IMG/VR virus record: IMGVR_UViG_3300025655_000032
Coordinates: 3,244-67,243 of that record
From: a virus
Reading direction: 5' to 3' (one strand)
Length of the DNA: 64,000 bases
Shown here one piece after another: positions 1-8,100 of the stretch. A program made the position numbers and the translations under genes. A model generated the notes under the pieces. That model was not told the DNA's origin and made no database searches. It saw only the letters and a program-made list of their open reading frames with translations. How positions within the stretch are numbered: position 1 is the stretch's first letter; each line of letters opens with the position of its first letter.

Positions 1-2
1 AC

Positions 3-401
3 AAGCACGAGCTCCACGCTGGCCTCATCGATTTTGACGGCCACACTTTCAAAATTGCGCTGATGGCGACGGGTTTCACTTTCGACAAGGATGCACACGC
101 GGTTTGGGCTAACGTATCCGCCTCCGAGCTGTCTAACGGTAACGGTTACACCACCGGTGGTGCTACGCTCGCGAACGTCGCTATCTCCGAAGACGATACC
201 AACGATCGTTCTGATGTGACTTGGGACAACGCCCAGTGGACCGCCAGCGGCGGTAGCATCGGCCCCAGTCCGGGTGCGATTATCTATGATGATACGCACG
301 CCAGCGATTGTATTATCGGGTTCATCGACTTCACCAGTGACCAGACGGCTACCGACGGCGGCACGTTTACCATTTCCAGCCCCACCGTTCGTTTGACGTG
401 A
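3..401 (+). CDS. Virion structural protein, 5' end cut by the window edge
   Basis: Frame is open from position 3 into the ORF-track protein (…HTFKIALMATGFTF…GNGYTTGGATL…); GYTxGG motif resembles small phage tail/structural proteins; upstream of portal. Confidence 0.6.
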   Translation, partial: KHELHAGLIDFDGHTFKIALMATGFTFDKDAHAVWANVSASELSNGNGYTTGGATLANVAISEDDTNDRSDVTWDNAQWTASGGSIGPSPGAIIYDDTHASDCIIGFIDFTSDQTATDGGTFTISSPTVRLT

Positions 402-411
402 GGTTAGACCC

Positions 412-768
412 GTGACGCGTGTTGTAGAGACTGTTTACGACGGTCGCGACAACATCAATCAACTCGTTATCTTTGAAGGTGACGAGTTGGTATCTGATCT
501 GTCCCACGTAACCCGTATTGTATTCACCGTCGGAGGCGTAACGGTGGACAGCGATGTTGTGGATAGCGATACGATCTGGTGGGATGATCAAGACACCTAT
601 AATGGAACCACGACCGATGTTGTCAAACTACGTTTAGGGCACCAGAGCATTCCTCTCGGTACCTATACGGACGGTTGTTTGGTGCTCTTCGATGTCGTTA
701 ATGACGACGGTCTTGTCTTCATCGATAACATGAAGGTCAAGGTAAAAGCCGGGTGTAGCGGAAGCTGA
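412..768 (+). CDS. Hypothetical protein (possible virion protein)
   Basis: GAGG RBS before GTG; stop overlaps portal ATG (TGATG). Confidence 0.6.
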   Translation: MTRVVETVYDGRDNINQLVIFEGDELVSDLSHVTRIVFTVGGVTVDSDVVDSDTIWWDDQDTYNGTTTDVVKLRLGHQSIPLGTYTDGCLVLFDVVNDDGLVFIDNMKVKVKAGCSGS

Positions 769-2978
769 TGAGTACACAACGAGAGACGGCGCTTGAGAAC
801 TTAGATCGTTTTGCCTATGCCCGTGACAACGGGCATTTGGATTTTGTCGCTAAAGCTACGAAGTGCGACGACTACTTTGTGGGTAACCAGTGGGACCCCA
901 AAGCAGCAGCTCGGCTCAACCGCCTCGGCAAGCCCGTTCTAACCATCAACAAAATTCTCTCTACGTGCGCTGCCGTTTTCGGTGAACAGCTTGCCTCGCG
1001 TGCGGATGTCAGCTTTCGACCTGCGCGTGACGGTATTCCCGAGACTGCTGCAGCGTTGGACAAGCTATGGATGCACATCGCAGAGACCAACAACCTGGAT
1101 TGGTTGGAGTCTGAAGTATCGGCCGACGGTTTCATTCGCGGTCGCGGTTTCTATGATGTGAGGATCGATTTTGACGATCAGTTCATGGGTGAAGTGCGTA
1201 TCGCGCAGCTGAATTCGAAGAACGTCGTTATTGACCCTGACGCAGAAGAATACGATCCTGACAAATGGAAAGAGGTTTTCCTCACCAAGTGGCTGACGCT
1301 CGACGATCTGGATCGTTTATACGGTCGTTCTGCGGCGCGCGAAGTCAAAGGTCGTCCGCAAAGTGCGTTTACAAACTCCTACGACACGGTGGATTGGGAG
1401 CCTGATAATTTCGGATCGGCGGATCGCACCTGGAGCGTAGACGAAGACGAAAAGCGGCGACGGGTGTATCGAATCGTAGAGCGTCAGTACCGTGAGCTGC
1501 GTTATGTAGAGTGTTTGGTCAACCCAGAGACCGGAGACCTACGTGAAATTCCTGAGACATGGGACCATAACCGTATAGCCCACGTGTCGCAGACGTACGG
1601 ACTGATGCCTTACCGTAAACGGCTGGAGAAGATCCGTTGGACGGTCTCTCTTGACGATATGCTGCTGCACCATGAGTGGTCGCCTTACCGTCATTTCACA
1701 CCGGTTCCCTACTTCCCCTTCTTTCGCCACGGGACGACGATTGGGTTCGTTGAAAATCTGATTTCACCCCAAGACCTGCTGAATAAATCCGTCAGCCAAG
1801 AGCTGCATATCACTAACACCACCGCCAACTCGGGGTGGATAGTGAAGAACGGCGCGCTGGCAAATATGACACAGGAGGAGCTGGAGGAGCGCGGCGGCGA
1901 GGACGGTCTGGTGGTGATGGTCAACGGCACCACCAAGGACTTGGAGAAGATTTCACCTAACCAGGTACCTTCTGGTATCGACCGGCTGAGCTTCAAGGCC
2001 GACGAAGCGCTGAAGGAGGTCTCCATGATCTCCGATTCTATGCGTGGGTTTGACCGTTCGGATGTTGCGGCCAAGGCCATACAAGCCAAGCAGGCTCGTG
2101 GGTCCGTATCTCTGTCCAAGCCGTTCGACAACCTTGCCTATACCCGCAAGCTGCTTGCGCGCAACGTGCTTGATCTAGTGCAGTCTTTTTACACAGAAAC
2201 CCGCATCATCAACGTCACTGGACGTAACCTGACGGATGATTCCGAGTCGATGGTGGTCAATGAGGTTACGCCAGAAGGCGATATCGTCAACGACCTGACG
2301 CTTGGCGAGTACGCTGTGGTGATTAACACCGTCCCGGCCCGTGAGTCCTTTGAGCAGACTCAGTTCCAAGAGGCGCTGGAGCTTCGTCAGTTGGGTATCG
2401 CCATCCCTGATGATGTCCTGGTCGAGCACAGCCACCTTAACCGTAAGACCGAGATCGCACAGCGTATCAAGGAGCTCAACGGCGGCGGTGAACCGAGCCA
2501 GGCTGAGCAGCAGATGCAGCAGCTGGAGATGCAGCTCAAAGAGCTTGAGGCTGGTGAGAAAGAGGCCGATATTGCCGTTAAGCAGGCTAACGCCCAGCTC
2601 AACGCTGCTCGTGCTCAGAAAGAGATGCAACCTGAGAACGACGGGCAGGAAGCCGAGCTGGTCAAGCTGGCGATGGAGCGTGAGAAGATGTTGGCGCAAA
2701 TTCAGCTGGAGCAGGAGAAGGTCCGCCAGCAGCTTGAACTTGAGCGCCAGAAGGCAGGCCTGCAAGCGCAGCTTGAGCGCGAAAAGATGGATCAACAGTT
2801 ATTGCTGGCTCGGGAGAAGGCCAGCAACGATATGCAGATTGCCTCTGCGAAAGCAGAGTCTACTATGGAGCTTGCCTCTATGCAGGCCGAAACCACGCGT
2901 AGCGTAGCCACTGAAAAGGCGAAGACCGATCAGGCTATTGCTAAGTCAAAAGCCCAACAGAAGAAGGAGCCTAAGTGA
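768..2978 (+). CDS. Portal protein (P22/N4-like podovirus type)
   Basis: 736 aa; GNQW…LTINKI, F+PVPYFP, Q+LNK motifs; long C-terminal coiled-coil barrel; precedes scaffold and capsid. Confidence 0.9.
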   Translation: MSTQRETALENLDRFAYARDNGHLDFVAKATKCDDYFVGNQWDPKAAARLNRLGKPVLTINKILSTCAAVFGEQLASRADVSFRPARDGIPETAAALDKLWMHIAETNNLDWLESEVSADGFIRGRGFYDVRIDFDDQFMGEVRIAQLNSKNVVIDPDAEEYDPDKWKEVFLTKWLTLDDLDRLYGRSAAREVKGRPQSAFTNSYDTVDWEPDNFGSADRTWSVDEDEKRRRVYRIVERQYRELRYVECLVNPETGDLREIPETWDHNRIAHVSQTYGLMPYRKRLEKIRWTVSLDDMLLHHEWSPYRHFTPVPYFPFFRHGTTIGFVENLISPQDLLNKSVSQELHITNTTANSGWIVKNGALANMTQEELEERGGEDGLVVMVNGTTKDLEKISPNQVPSGIDRLSFKADEALKEVSMISDSMRGFDRSDVAAKAIQAKQARGSVSLSKPFDNLAYTRKLLARNVLDLVQSFYTETRIINVTGRNLTDDSESMVVNEVTPEGDIVNDLTLGEYAVVINTVPARESFEQTQFQEALELRQLGIAIPDDVLVEHSHLNRKTEIAQRIKELNGGGEPSQAEQQMQQLEMQLKELEAGEKEADIAVKQANAQLNAARAQKEMQPENDGQEAELVKLAMEREKMLAQIQLEQEKVRQQLELERQKAGLQAQLEREKMDQQLLLAREKASNDMQIASAKAESTMELASMQAETTRSVATEKAKTDQAIAKSKAQQKKEPK

Positions 2979-3946
2979 TGGCCATGGATGATGCCGCCGT
3001 AGCAGCAATGAACACCGACACCCCCACGCAGGAGGAGTTGGATAACTTCGACGATTCCACTTTGGATAACACCGAGGATACGACCGCACAAGCGAGTTCG
3101 GATGAAGCGGTTGACTCGGCGCCTGCCGCCGAGAATACCGCGGAGGACGAACCCCAAACCCCGGCTGACCCCGAACCTGAAGCGGCACCCCAGGATAAGC
3201 CGGTGCCGGGGTTTATTCCACGCTCTCGCTATAACTATGCCGCCGCAAAGCGCCGGGAAGAGCGAGAGGCACGCCTGCAGGCCGAGTCTGAGGTAGAGCG
3301 CCTTCGCGCGGAGCTGGCGTCGTCAAAGACGCAGGCGCCGGATTACGATAGAGCAATCGGCGATCTGGACTCGCAGATCAGCGACCTTGATACAAAGATC
3401 GACGAGGCGCGTGCCGACGGTGACAACACCCTAGCCAAGCAGCTGCGTGCGCAGCAGCGACAGCTGGAGCGGCATATTGTCGCGTTGGAGATGCAGGCTA
3501 ACGCTCCGCAGCAGGAAGACCCCAATATAGCGACGCAGCACGCGGTTGAACAGATCCGTATCGAGTCGCTGGTGCCGCAGCTTGAGAGCCTGTTCCCCTC
3601 TCTGCAGGAGGGTAACGAGGCCTTCAACGAACCCCTGAGCGATGAGGTGATGGATACGTTCGACCACTTCGCTAAAACACTCCCCCGCGATGAGGCTCTG
3701 CGCCGTGCAGTGTTCTATGTCACAGCCGCTCACGGTATCCAGCCTTTATCGGCGCAAACCTCTGGTCCGCGCAAGACCGACACGAGCAAGAACATCAAGG
3801 CCGCGGCAGCGCAGCCTCCGAGGCTCAACGAGGCCGGCCTCGACTCGGATAAGGGAGGGGCCTCGCAACGCCTCGATGTTATGAAGATGTCACAGGACGA
3901 CTTTGAGCGTCTCGGCGAGCGCGATATCGACGCGATGCTTGTTTAA
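2978..3946 (+). CDS. Capsid scaffolding protein
   Basis: Acidic low-complexity N-terminus, IPRSR motif then coiled coil; lies between portal and capsid; AAGGAG RBS. Confidence 0.75.
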   Translation: MAMDDAAVAAMNTDTPTQEELDNFDDSTLDNTEDTTAQASSDEAVDSAPAAENTAEDEPQTPADPEPEAAPQDKPVPGFIPRSRYNYAAAKRREEREARLQAESEVERLRAELASSKTQAPDYDRAIGDLDSQISDLDTKIDEARADGDNTLAKQLRAQQRQLERHIVALEMQANAPQQEDPNIATQHAVEQIRIESLVPQLESLFPSLQEGNEAFNEPLSDEVMDTFDHFAKTLPRDEALRRAVFYVTAAHGIQPLSAQTSGPRKTDTSKNIKAAAAQPPRLNEAGLDSDKGGASQRLDVMKMSQDDFERLGERDIDAMLV

Positions 3947-3969
3947 TAACGAAAAGTTCTGTTTTGTGG

Positions 3970-3978
3970 TGTTATAAT
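3970..3978 (+). promoter_or_regulatory. Extended -10 sigma70-type promoter (TGTTATAAT)
   Basis: TGnTATAAT just after the scaffold stop and upstream of the GGA hairpin array and capsid gene. Confidence 0.6.
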
Positions 3979-3983
3979 ACGCC

Positions 3984-4122
3984 TGCAAGTAGAACTTATT
4001 ACTACTTACACATGGACGTGAAGCACCGCATGGAAGCGGGGGCTACATGGAAGTGGCTGGTCACATGGAGGTGACCGTTCTCGTGAGGTGAGGGTTACAA
4101 CCCCTCCCTCACGACCTTATTT
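3984..4122 (+). ncRNA. Candidate CsrB/RsmY/RsmZ-like RNA (or capsid 5' leader) with four AUGGA hairpins
   Basis: CAC-ATGGAC-GTG (4009-4020), CCGC-ATGGAA-GCGG (4026-4039), GCTAC-ATGGAA-GTGGC (4042-4057), GGTCAC-ATGGAG-GTGACC (4059-4076), then a long stem TCGTGAGG…CCTCACGA (4081-4114). Confidence 0.7.
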
Positions 4123-4243
4123 CGAATACTCCGCGCGATACAGGAGAGGCGGACGGCACCGCCACAACAACGGCACTTCGCCTAAGCTACGGCGCACAAG
4201 TAGCCATTTTGAGTCCGCACGAAGCGGACACTGTGTTTACTCG

Positions 4244-4259
4244 GCTTCATGGAGGAAGC
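4244..4259 (+). promoter_or_regulatory. Canonical CsrA/RsmA-type hairpin over the capsid RBS
   Basis: GCTTC-ATGGAG-GAAGC, 3 nt before ATG 4263. Confidence 0.7.
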
Positions 4260-4262
4260 AAA

Positions 4263-5369
4263 ATGGCACTCACTAATTTTGCCCGTCTTACCGACCACGA
4301 AAAGAAAGCGTGGTCCATGTCGTTCCAGAAGAACGCCCGCAACAAGTCTTTCTTGACCCGCCTTCTGGGCTCTGGTCAGGACTCCACTGTTCAGCGTATC
4401 ACCGAGCTGAAAAAGTCCAGCAAGGGTACGCAGGCCGTCATCACCCTGGTTCCCGATACCGTCGGCGACGGCGTAGCTGGGGATCGTACGCTGAAGGGTA
4501 ACGAGGAGGCTCTCAGCTCGTCTGAGCAGGTCATCCGCGTTGATCAGCTGCGCCACGCGCACGCCAACGAGGGTCGCATCGCTGACCAGAAGACTATCGT
4601 CAACTTCCGTAAGGAAGCTCGCGACAAGCTGGCCTACTGGATGGCTGACCGTATCGACCAGATGGCCTTCCTTGCCATGTCTGGTGTTGACTTCACCAAG
4701 AAGAACAACGGCGCCGATCGCGTCGGTTCTGAGCTGCAGTACTTGGAGTTCAACAGCGATATCGCCGCTCCGACTTCCAATCGGCATTTCAACTGGAACG
4801 GGGACGCCAACGGCCTGGTTGCCGGCAGCACCACCGCCGACACCATCGCGGTGCCTACCTACGAGATGCTCCTGCACATGAAGGCCAAGGCGCAGGACGA
4901 GTACATCAAGCCGGTTCGCGGCGAGATGGGCACCGAGCTGTACCACGTCTTTATGACCCCGCAGGGTGTCAAGCAGCTGAAGCTGGACGACAAGTTCCAC
5001 AACGCTGTGCGTGACGCCATGCCCCGCACCCCCAACAGCCCGCTGTTCAAGGGGTTCGATACCATCTATATCGACGGCATGGCTATCCACACCCACCGCT
5101 ATGTGTACAACACCTCTGGTGCTGACGCTGGTAGTAAGTGGGGCAGCGCGGGTAACACCGACGGTCAGGCGGTTATCTTCGCCGGCGCACAGGCTCTGGC
5201 CTACGCCGACCTGGGTACCCCCTACTGGGATGAGGAATACGACGACTACCGTAACCGTATGGGTATTGCGGTCGGTAAAATCTTCGGTTTCCTCAAGCCG
5301 CAGTTCCCCTCCGTTGTGCACGGCACCACCGAGGACTTCGGTCTGTTGCGGGTCAACACCGCGATCTAA
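4263..5369 (+). CDS. Major capsid protein (N4-gp56/DUF4043-like, HK97 fold)
   Basis: MALTNFARL…VQRITELKK…GDGVAGDRTLKGNEEAL…IRVDQLRHA pattern; strongly biased codon use; GGAGG RBS gives start 4263. Confidence 0.9.
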   Translation: MALTNFARLTDHEKKAWSMSFQKNARNKSFLTRLLGSGQDSTVQRITELKKSSKGTQAVITLVPDTVGDGVAGDRTLKGNEEALSSSEQVIRVDQLRHAHANEGRIADQKTIVNFRKEARDKLAYWMADRIDQMAFLAMSGVDFTKKNNGADRVGSELQYLEFNSDIAAPTSNRHFNWNGDANGLVAGSTTADTIAVPTYEMLLHMKAKAQDEYIKPVRGEMGTELYHVFMTPQGVKQLKLDDKFHNAVRDAMPRTPNSPLFKGFDTIYIDGMAIHTHRYVYNTSGADAGSKWGSAGNTDGQAVIFAGAQALAYADLGTPYWDEEYDDYRNRMGIAVGKIFGFLKPQFPSVVHGTTEDFGLLRVNTAI

Positions 5370-5374
5370 TCACG

Positions 5375-5392
5375 AGCCCCCTTCGGGGGGCT
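5375..5392 (+). terminator. UUCG hairpin after capsid gene (pause, partial terminator or stabiliser)
   Basis: AGCCCCC-TTCG-GGGGGCT; no clear U-tract. Confidence 0.5.
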
Positions 5393-5417
5393 GCGGAATC
5401 TTCTAAGGAGATATTTT

Positions 5418-5834
5418 ATGGCAATCCTTGACAAGAACCGCAACCACGGCCGTCAGTTCCCTCTGGTTGCAGTACAAGACTTTGACTACACCGAGCTGAC
5501 CTCCGGGTCCGCTACCGCTGCGGTCAAGCTCCCGGCTAACGCACGTGTGGTGGGTGGCGGTGTTGTTATCGAAACCGCCTTTAACGACACCGGCACTGAT
5601 CTGGCCGATGTTGGCGATGGTGGCGATCCTAATCGCTACTCCGCTTTGCAGATCGACTTCGCCGCAACGGGATACACCGCGTTGGACATCACCGGCTACA
5701 AGTACACCACGACCGACTATGTCGACATCACCTACACCGGTGCTAACGGCAACGCTTCTGCCGGTGCTGGCGTGCTGATCGTTGAGTATGTTGTCGACGA
5801 ACGCGCCAACGAAGTTATGCCTGACTACGACTAA
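5418..5834 (+). CDS. Putative capsid decoration / minor structural protein
   Basis: 138 aa beta-rich protein right after capsid; AAGGAG RBS. Confidence 0.6.
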   Translation: MAILDKNRNHGRQFPLVAVQDFDYTELTSGSATAAVKLPANARVVGGGVVIETAFNDTGTDLADVGDGGDPNRYSALQIDFAATGYTALDITGYKYTTTDYVDITYTGANGNASAGAGVLIVEYVVDERANEVMPDYD

Positions 5835-5854
5835 CCTGCCTTAGGCGGCATCTT

Positions 5855-5878
5855 GGGGGTCTCCCGACCCCCCTTTTT
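5855..5878 (+). terminator. Intrinsic terminator
   Basis: GGGGGTC-TCCC-GACCCCC followed by CTTTTT. Confidence 0.7.
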
Positions 5879-5912
5879 GCCGCCTTCATTATAAAAAGGA
5901 GTCGCAAACGCC

Positions 5913-6314
5913 ATGCCTAAGCTAGTTATGCCCCGCAATTGGACCGTCACTACCACTCGCGGCCATTGTATTCGCTTCGAAAAGGATGTCCCCACCTTTG
6001 TGCCCGACGATATGAAGGTGATTGAGGAGTGCAAGAAGTACGGCGCTTCTTACGTCAATGCCGATGAACAACCCGAGTTGCCCGACCAGCATCCTATAGT
6101 CACCGGGCTGCCTAAAAGCGCGGAAGAGAAAGAGGCCCGCATCCGCGCGTTGTTTGAAGAGATGAAGGCACATCAGAGCGAGCACCGTCACCACTTTACC
6201 GGTCAAGGACGCCCACAGGTAAAGTATGTGAACGAGACCATGGGTTTCGATGTCAACGCGGCTGAAATCGAGAGGCTCTGGAACAAAGTGGTATTTCCGG
6301 AGACGGACACCTAA
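5913..6314 (+). CDS. Hypothetical protein
   Basis: AAGGAG RBS; stop overlaps next ATG. Confidence 0.65.
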   Translation: MPKLVMPRNWTVTTTRGHCIRFEKDVPTFVPDDMKVIEECKKYGASYVNADEQPELPDQHPIVTGLPKSAEEKEARIRALFEEMKAHQSEHRHHFTGQGRPQVKYVNETMGFDVNAAEIERLWNKVVFPETDT

Positions 6315-7573
6315 TGCCACGATCGATCCCCGACACAAAATCCGTTGGCCCTTGGCGGCAGGGGATCGATAACGTAGCGCCTCAAACCGCTCTAGGCAAG
6401 GAATCTCTGCGCGAAGCCGTTAACGTCGAGCTGCTTGATTCTGGCTGGGTTCGTCGCCGCCCGGGGTACGTGAAACGGTATACAGGCACCGACGTGCACT
6501 CATTGCACAGCACGGGTGCAACTACTGTATTTGCTGACGGCAGTTCTCTGTTACGCCTACGGCCTGATTACACCACGGACACCATCCGCAGTGATCTGAC
6601 CGCTGGTGAAGAGCTGTCGTACGCCGTTACTCATCGCGGTACGTATTACAGTAACAGCTCCCAGACAGGGTGGTTCAACAGCACTGACGCCTCGCCTTAT
6701 TGGACGTGTCCTACACCGGCAGCACCTACGATCAGTACGGTGCCCGGTGCCCTTCCTGCGGGGAGCTACGCCCTTAGCCTTACGGCCTACGACTCAGTGC
6801 TAGGTGAGTCGGCTGCGGTACCACTGCAATCCTTTAGCAGCGACGGTGAACAGGGTGTCTCTGTGTCCGTTACGAGTAGTTCGCTGCCTCAGTATGTCTA
6901 TATGACGCGTGCGAACGGCACGGCACTGTATCAAGTCGCTACTGTGCCCGCAGGGGATACCTCTGTGGTTGTAGCGAACGCTGCGGGTGGGTATGGCGTC
7001 GAGCTGTCTACTCTGGATCTCGAACCGCTTCCAGCGGGCAATATTGTTAGATCCTACCGCGGCCAGCTGTGGGTGGCTACTGGTTCTACGCTTGCCGTGT
7101 CCCGACCTATGCGCCCGGGCCTCTACGATCCTGCTGAGGACGTGTTCTTTTTTCCTGAACCGATTACTGTGCTTGAGCCTGTAGATGACGGGCTCTACGT
7201 CGTTGCGGATAGAACGTACTTCTTGTCGGGACCGACGTCCTCAGACATGAAGCTCACGGGACTCGATGGTGATCGAGGAGTCCCGGGTACTGGCTCAGTA
7301 CAACCATCGAAGTATTTCAAGCTACGCGAGGCGCAGGCCTTCGTCGCCCATTGGTTCTCTGAGCGCGGCCCTGTTATTGGGCTAAATGGTGGGCAGTTGA
7401 TTAACTACGCCGAAGGCCGTTTGGCAATGGAACCGTACCAAGCAGGTTCTTCGGCGTTTATCGAAAGGAACGGCGTACAACAGCTCGTTACGGCGGTGCG
7501 CTCTCCGGGTAAGGACGCCGCTCTTCGGGCGACGGACTCAGTTGTTGTCGAAGTGCGTCGTCATGACGCCTGA
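6314..7573 (+). CDS. Virion structural protein (tail tube/nozzle-like)
   Basis: GIDN…LREAVNVEL…G.VRRRPG N-terminal pattern typical of podovirus tail/stabilisation proteins; beta-rich. Confidence 0.6.
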   Translation: MPRSIPDTKSVGPWRQGIDNVAPQTALGKESLREAVNVELLDSGWVRRRPGYVKRYTGTDVHSLHSTGATTVFADGSSLLRLRPDYTTDTIRSDLTAGEELSYAVTHRGTYYSNSSQTGWFNSTDASPYWTCPTPAAPTISTVPGALPAGSYALSLTAYDSVLGESAAVPLQSFSSDGEQGVSVSVTSSSLPQYVYMTRANGTALYQVATVPAGDTSVVVANAAGGYGVELSTLDLEPLPAGNIVRSYRGQLWVATGSTLAVSRPMRPGLYDPAEDVFFFPEPITVLEPVDDGLYVVADRTYFLSGPTSSDMKLTGLDGDRGVPGTGSVQPSKYFKLREAQAFVAHWFSERGPVIGLNGGQLINYAEGRLAMEPYQAGSSAFIERNGVQQLVTAVRSPGKDAALRATDSVVVEVRRHDA

Positions 7574-7596
7574 ACTTTTCTACAGGGAGTTTGATT

Positions 7597-8100
7597 ATGG
7601 ACCACAAGGAACGTGGGCATCTGCACGGGCGCTATGAATGTCAGATCGTGCGCGACGGTAAGGTCATCGACGAATGGGCGGATGACAACATCGTAGTTGA
7701 CGAAGGGCTGGACTATCTGCTCGACGCGGCTATCGCTGGTAATACTGCGTCGACGACTTGGTACGTCGGCCTGCTGAGCAACTATACCCCGGTCGCTGGC
7801 AGCACTATGACTAACTTCGGGGGCAACGAAATTACCGCTTACACCGGCGGTGTTCGTCCGACGTATGTCATCGACGGGGGCGCAGCTTCTTCACAGGCCG
7901 TAAGCAATAGCTCGTCCAAGGCGTCGTTTACTATGACCGGTGCTGCGACGGTCTACGGTGTGTTTCTGAGTGATTCTTCTACCCAAGACACTTCCGGTAC
8001 GGCTTTCTCCGGGGTGTTGTTCGGTAGCTCCAAATCATTGACTACCGACGACGAGCTGCTTGTCACCTACACGCTGACGGCGGCTGACGACGGCGCGTAA
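7597..8100 (+). CDS. Virion/tail structural protein
   Basis: N+VVDEGLDYLL…WYVGL…ASFT pattern seen in phage tail-associated proteins. Confidence 0.6.
   Translation: MDHKERGHLHGRYECQIVRDGKVIDEWADDNIVVDEGLDYLLDAAIAGNTASTTWYVGLLSNYTPVAGSTMTNFGGNEITAYTGGVRPTYVIDGGAASSQAVSNSSSKASFTMTGAATVYGVFLSDSSTQDTSGTAFSGVLFGSSKSLTTDDELLVTYTLTAADDGA

Noticed and set aside
4009-4076. CATGGA repeats as a CRISPR array or DNA iterons
   Set aside because: Units are too short and flanks vary while staying self-complementary, which fits RNA hairpins rather than repeat-spacer structure.
4182-5321. 379-aa - strand ORF opposite the capsid gene (and similar ones such as 48960-50108)
   Set aside because: Antisense shadow ORFs caused by codon bias.
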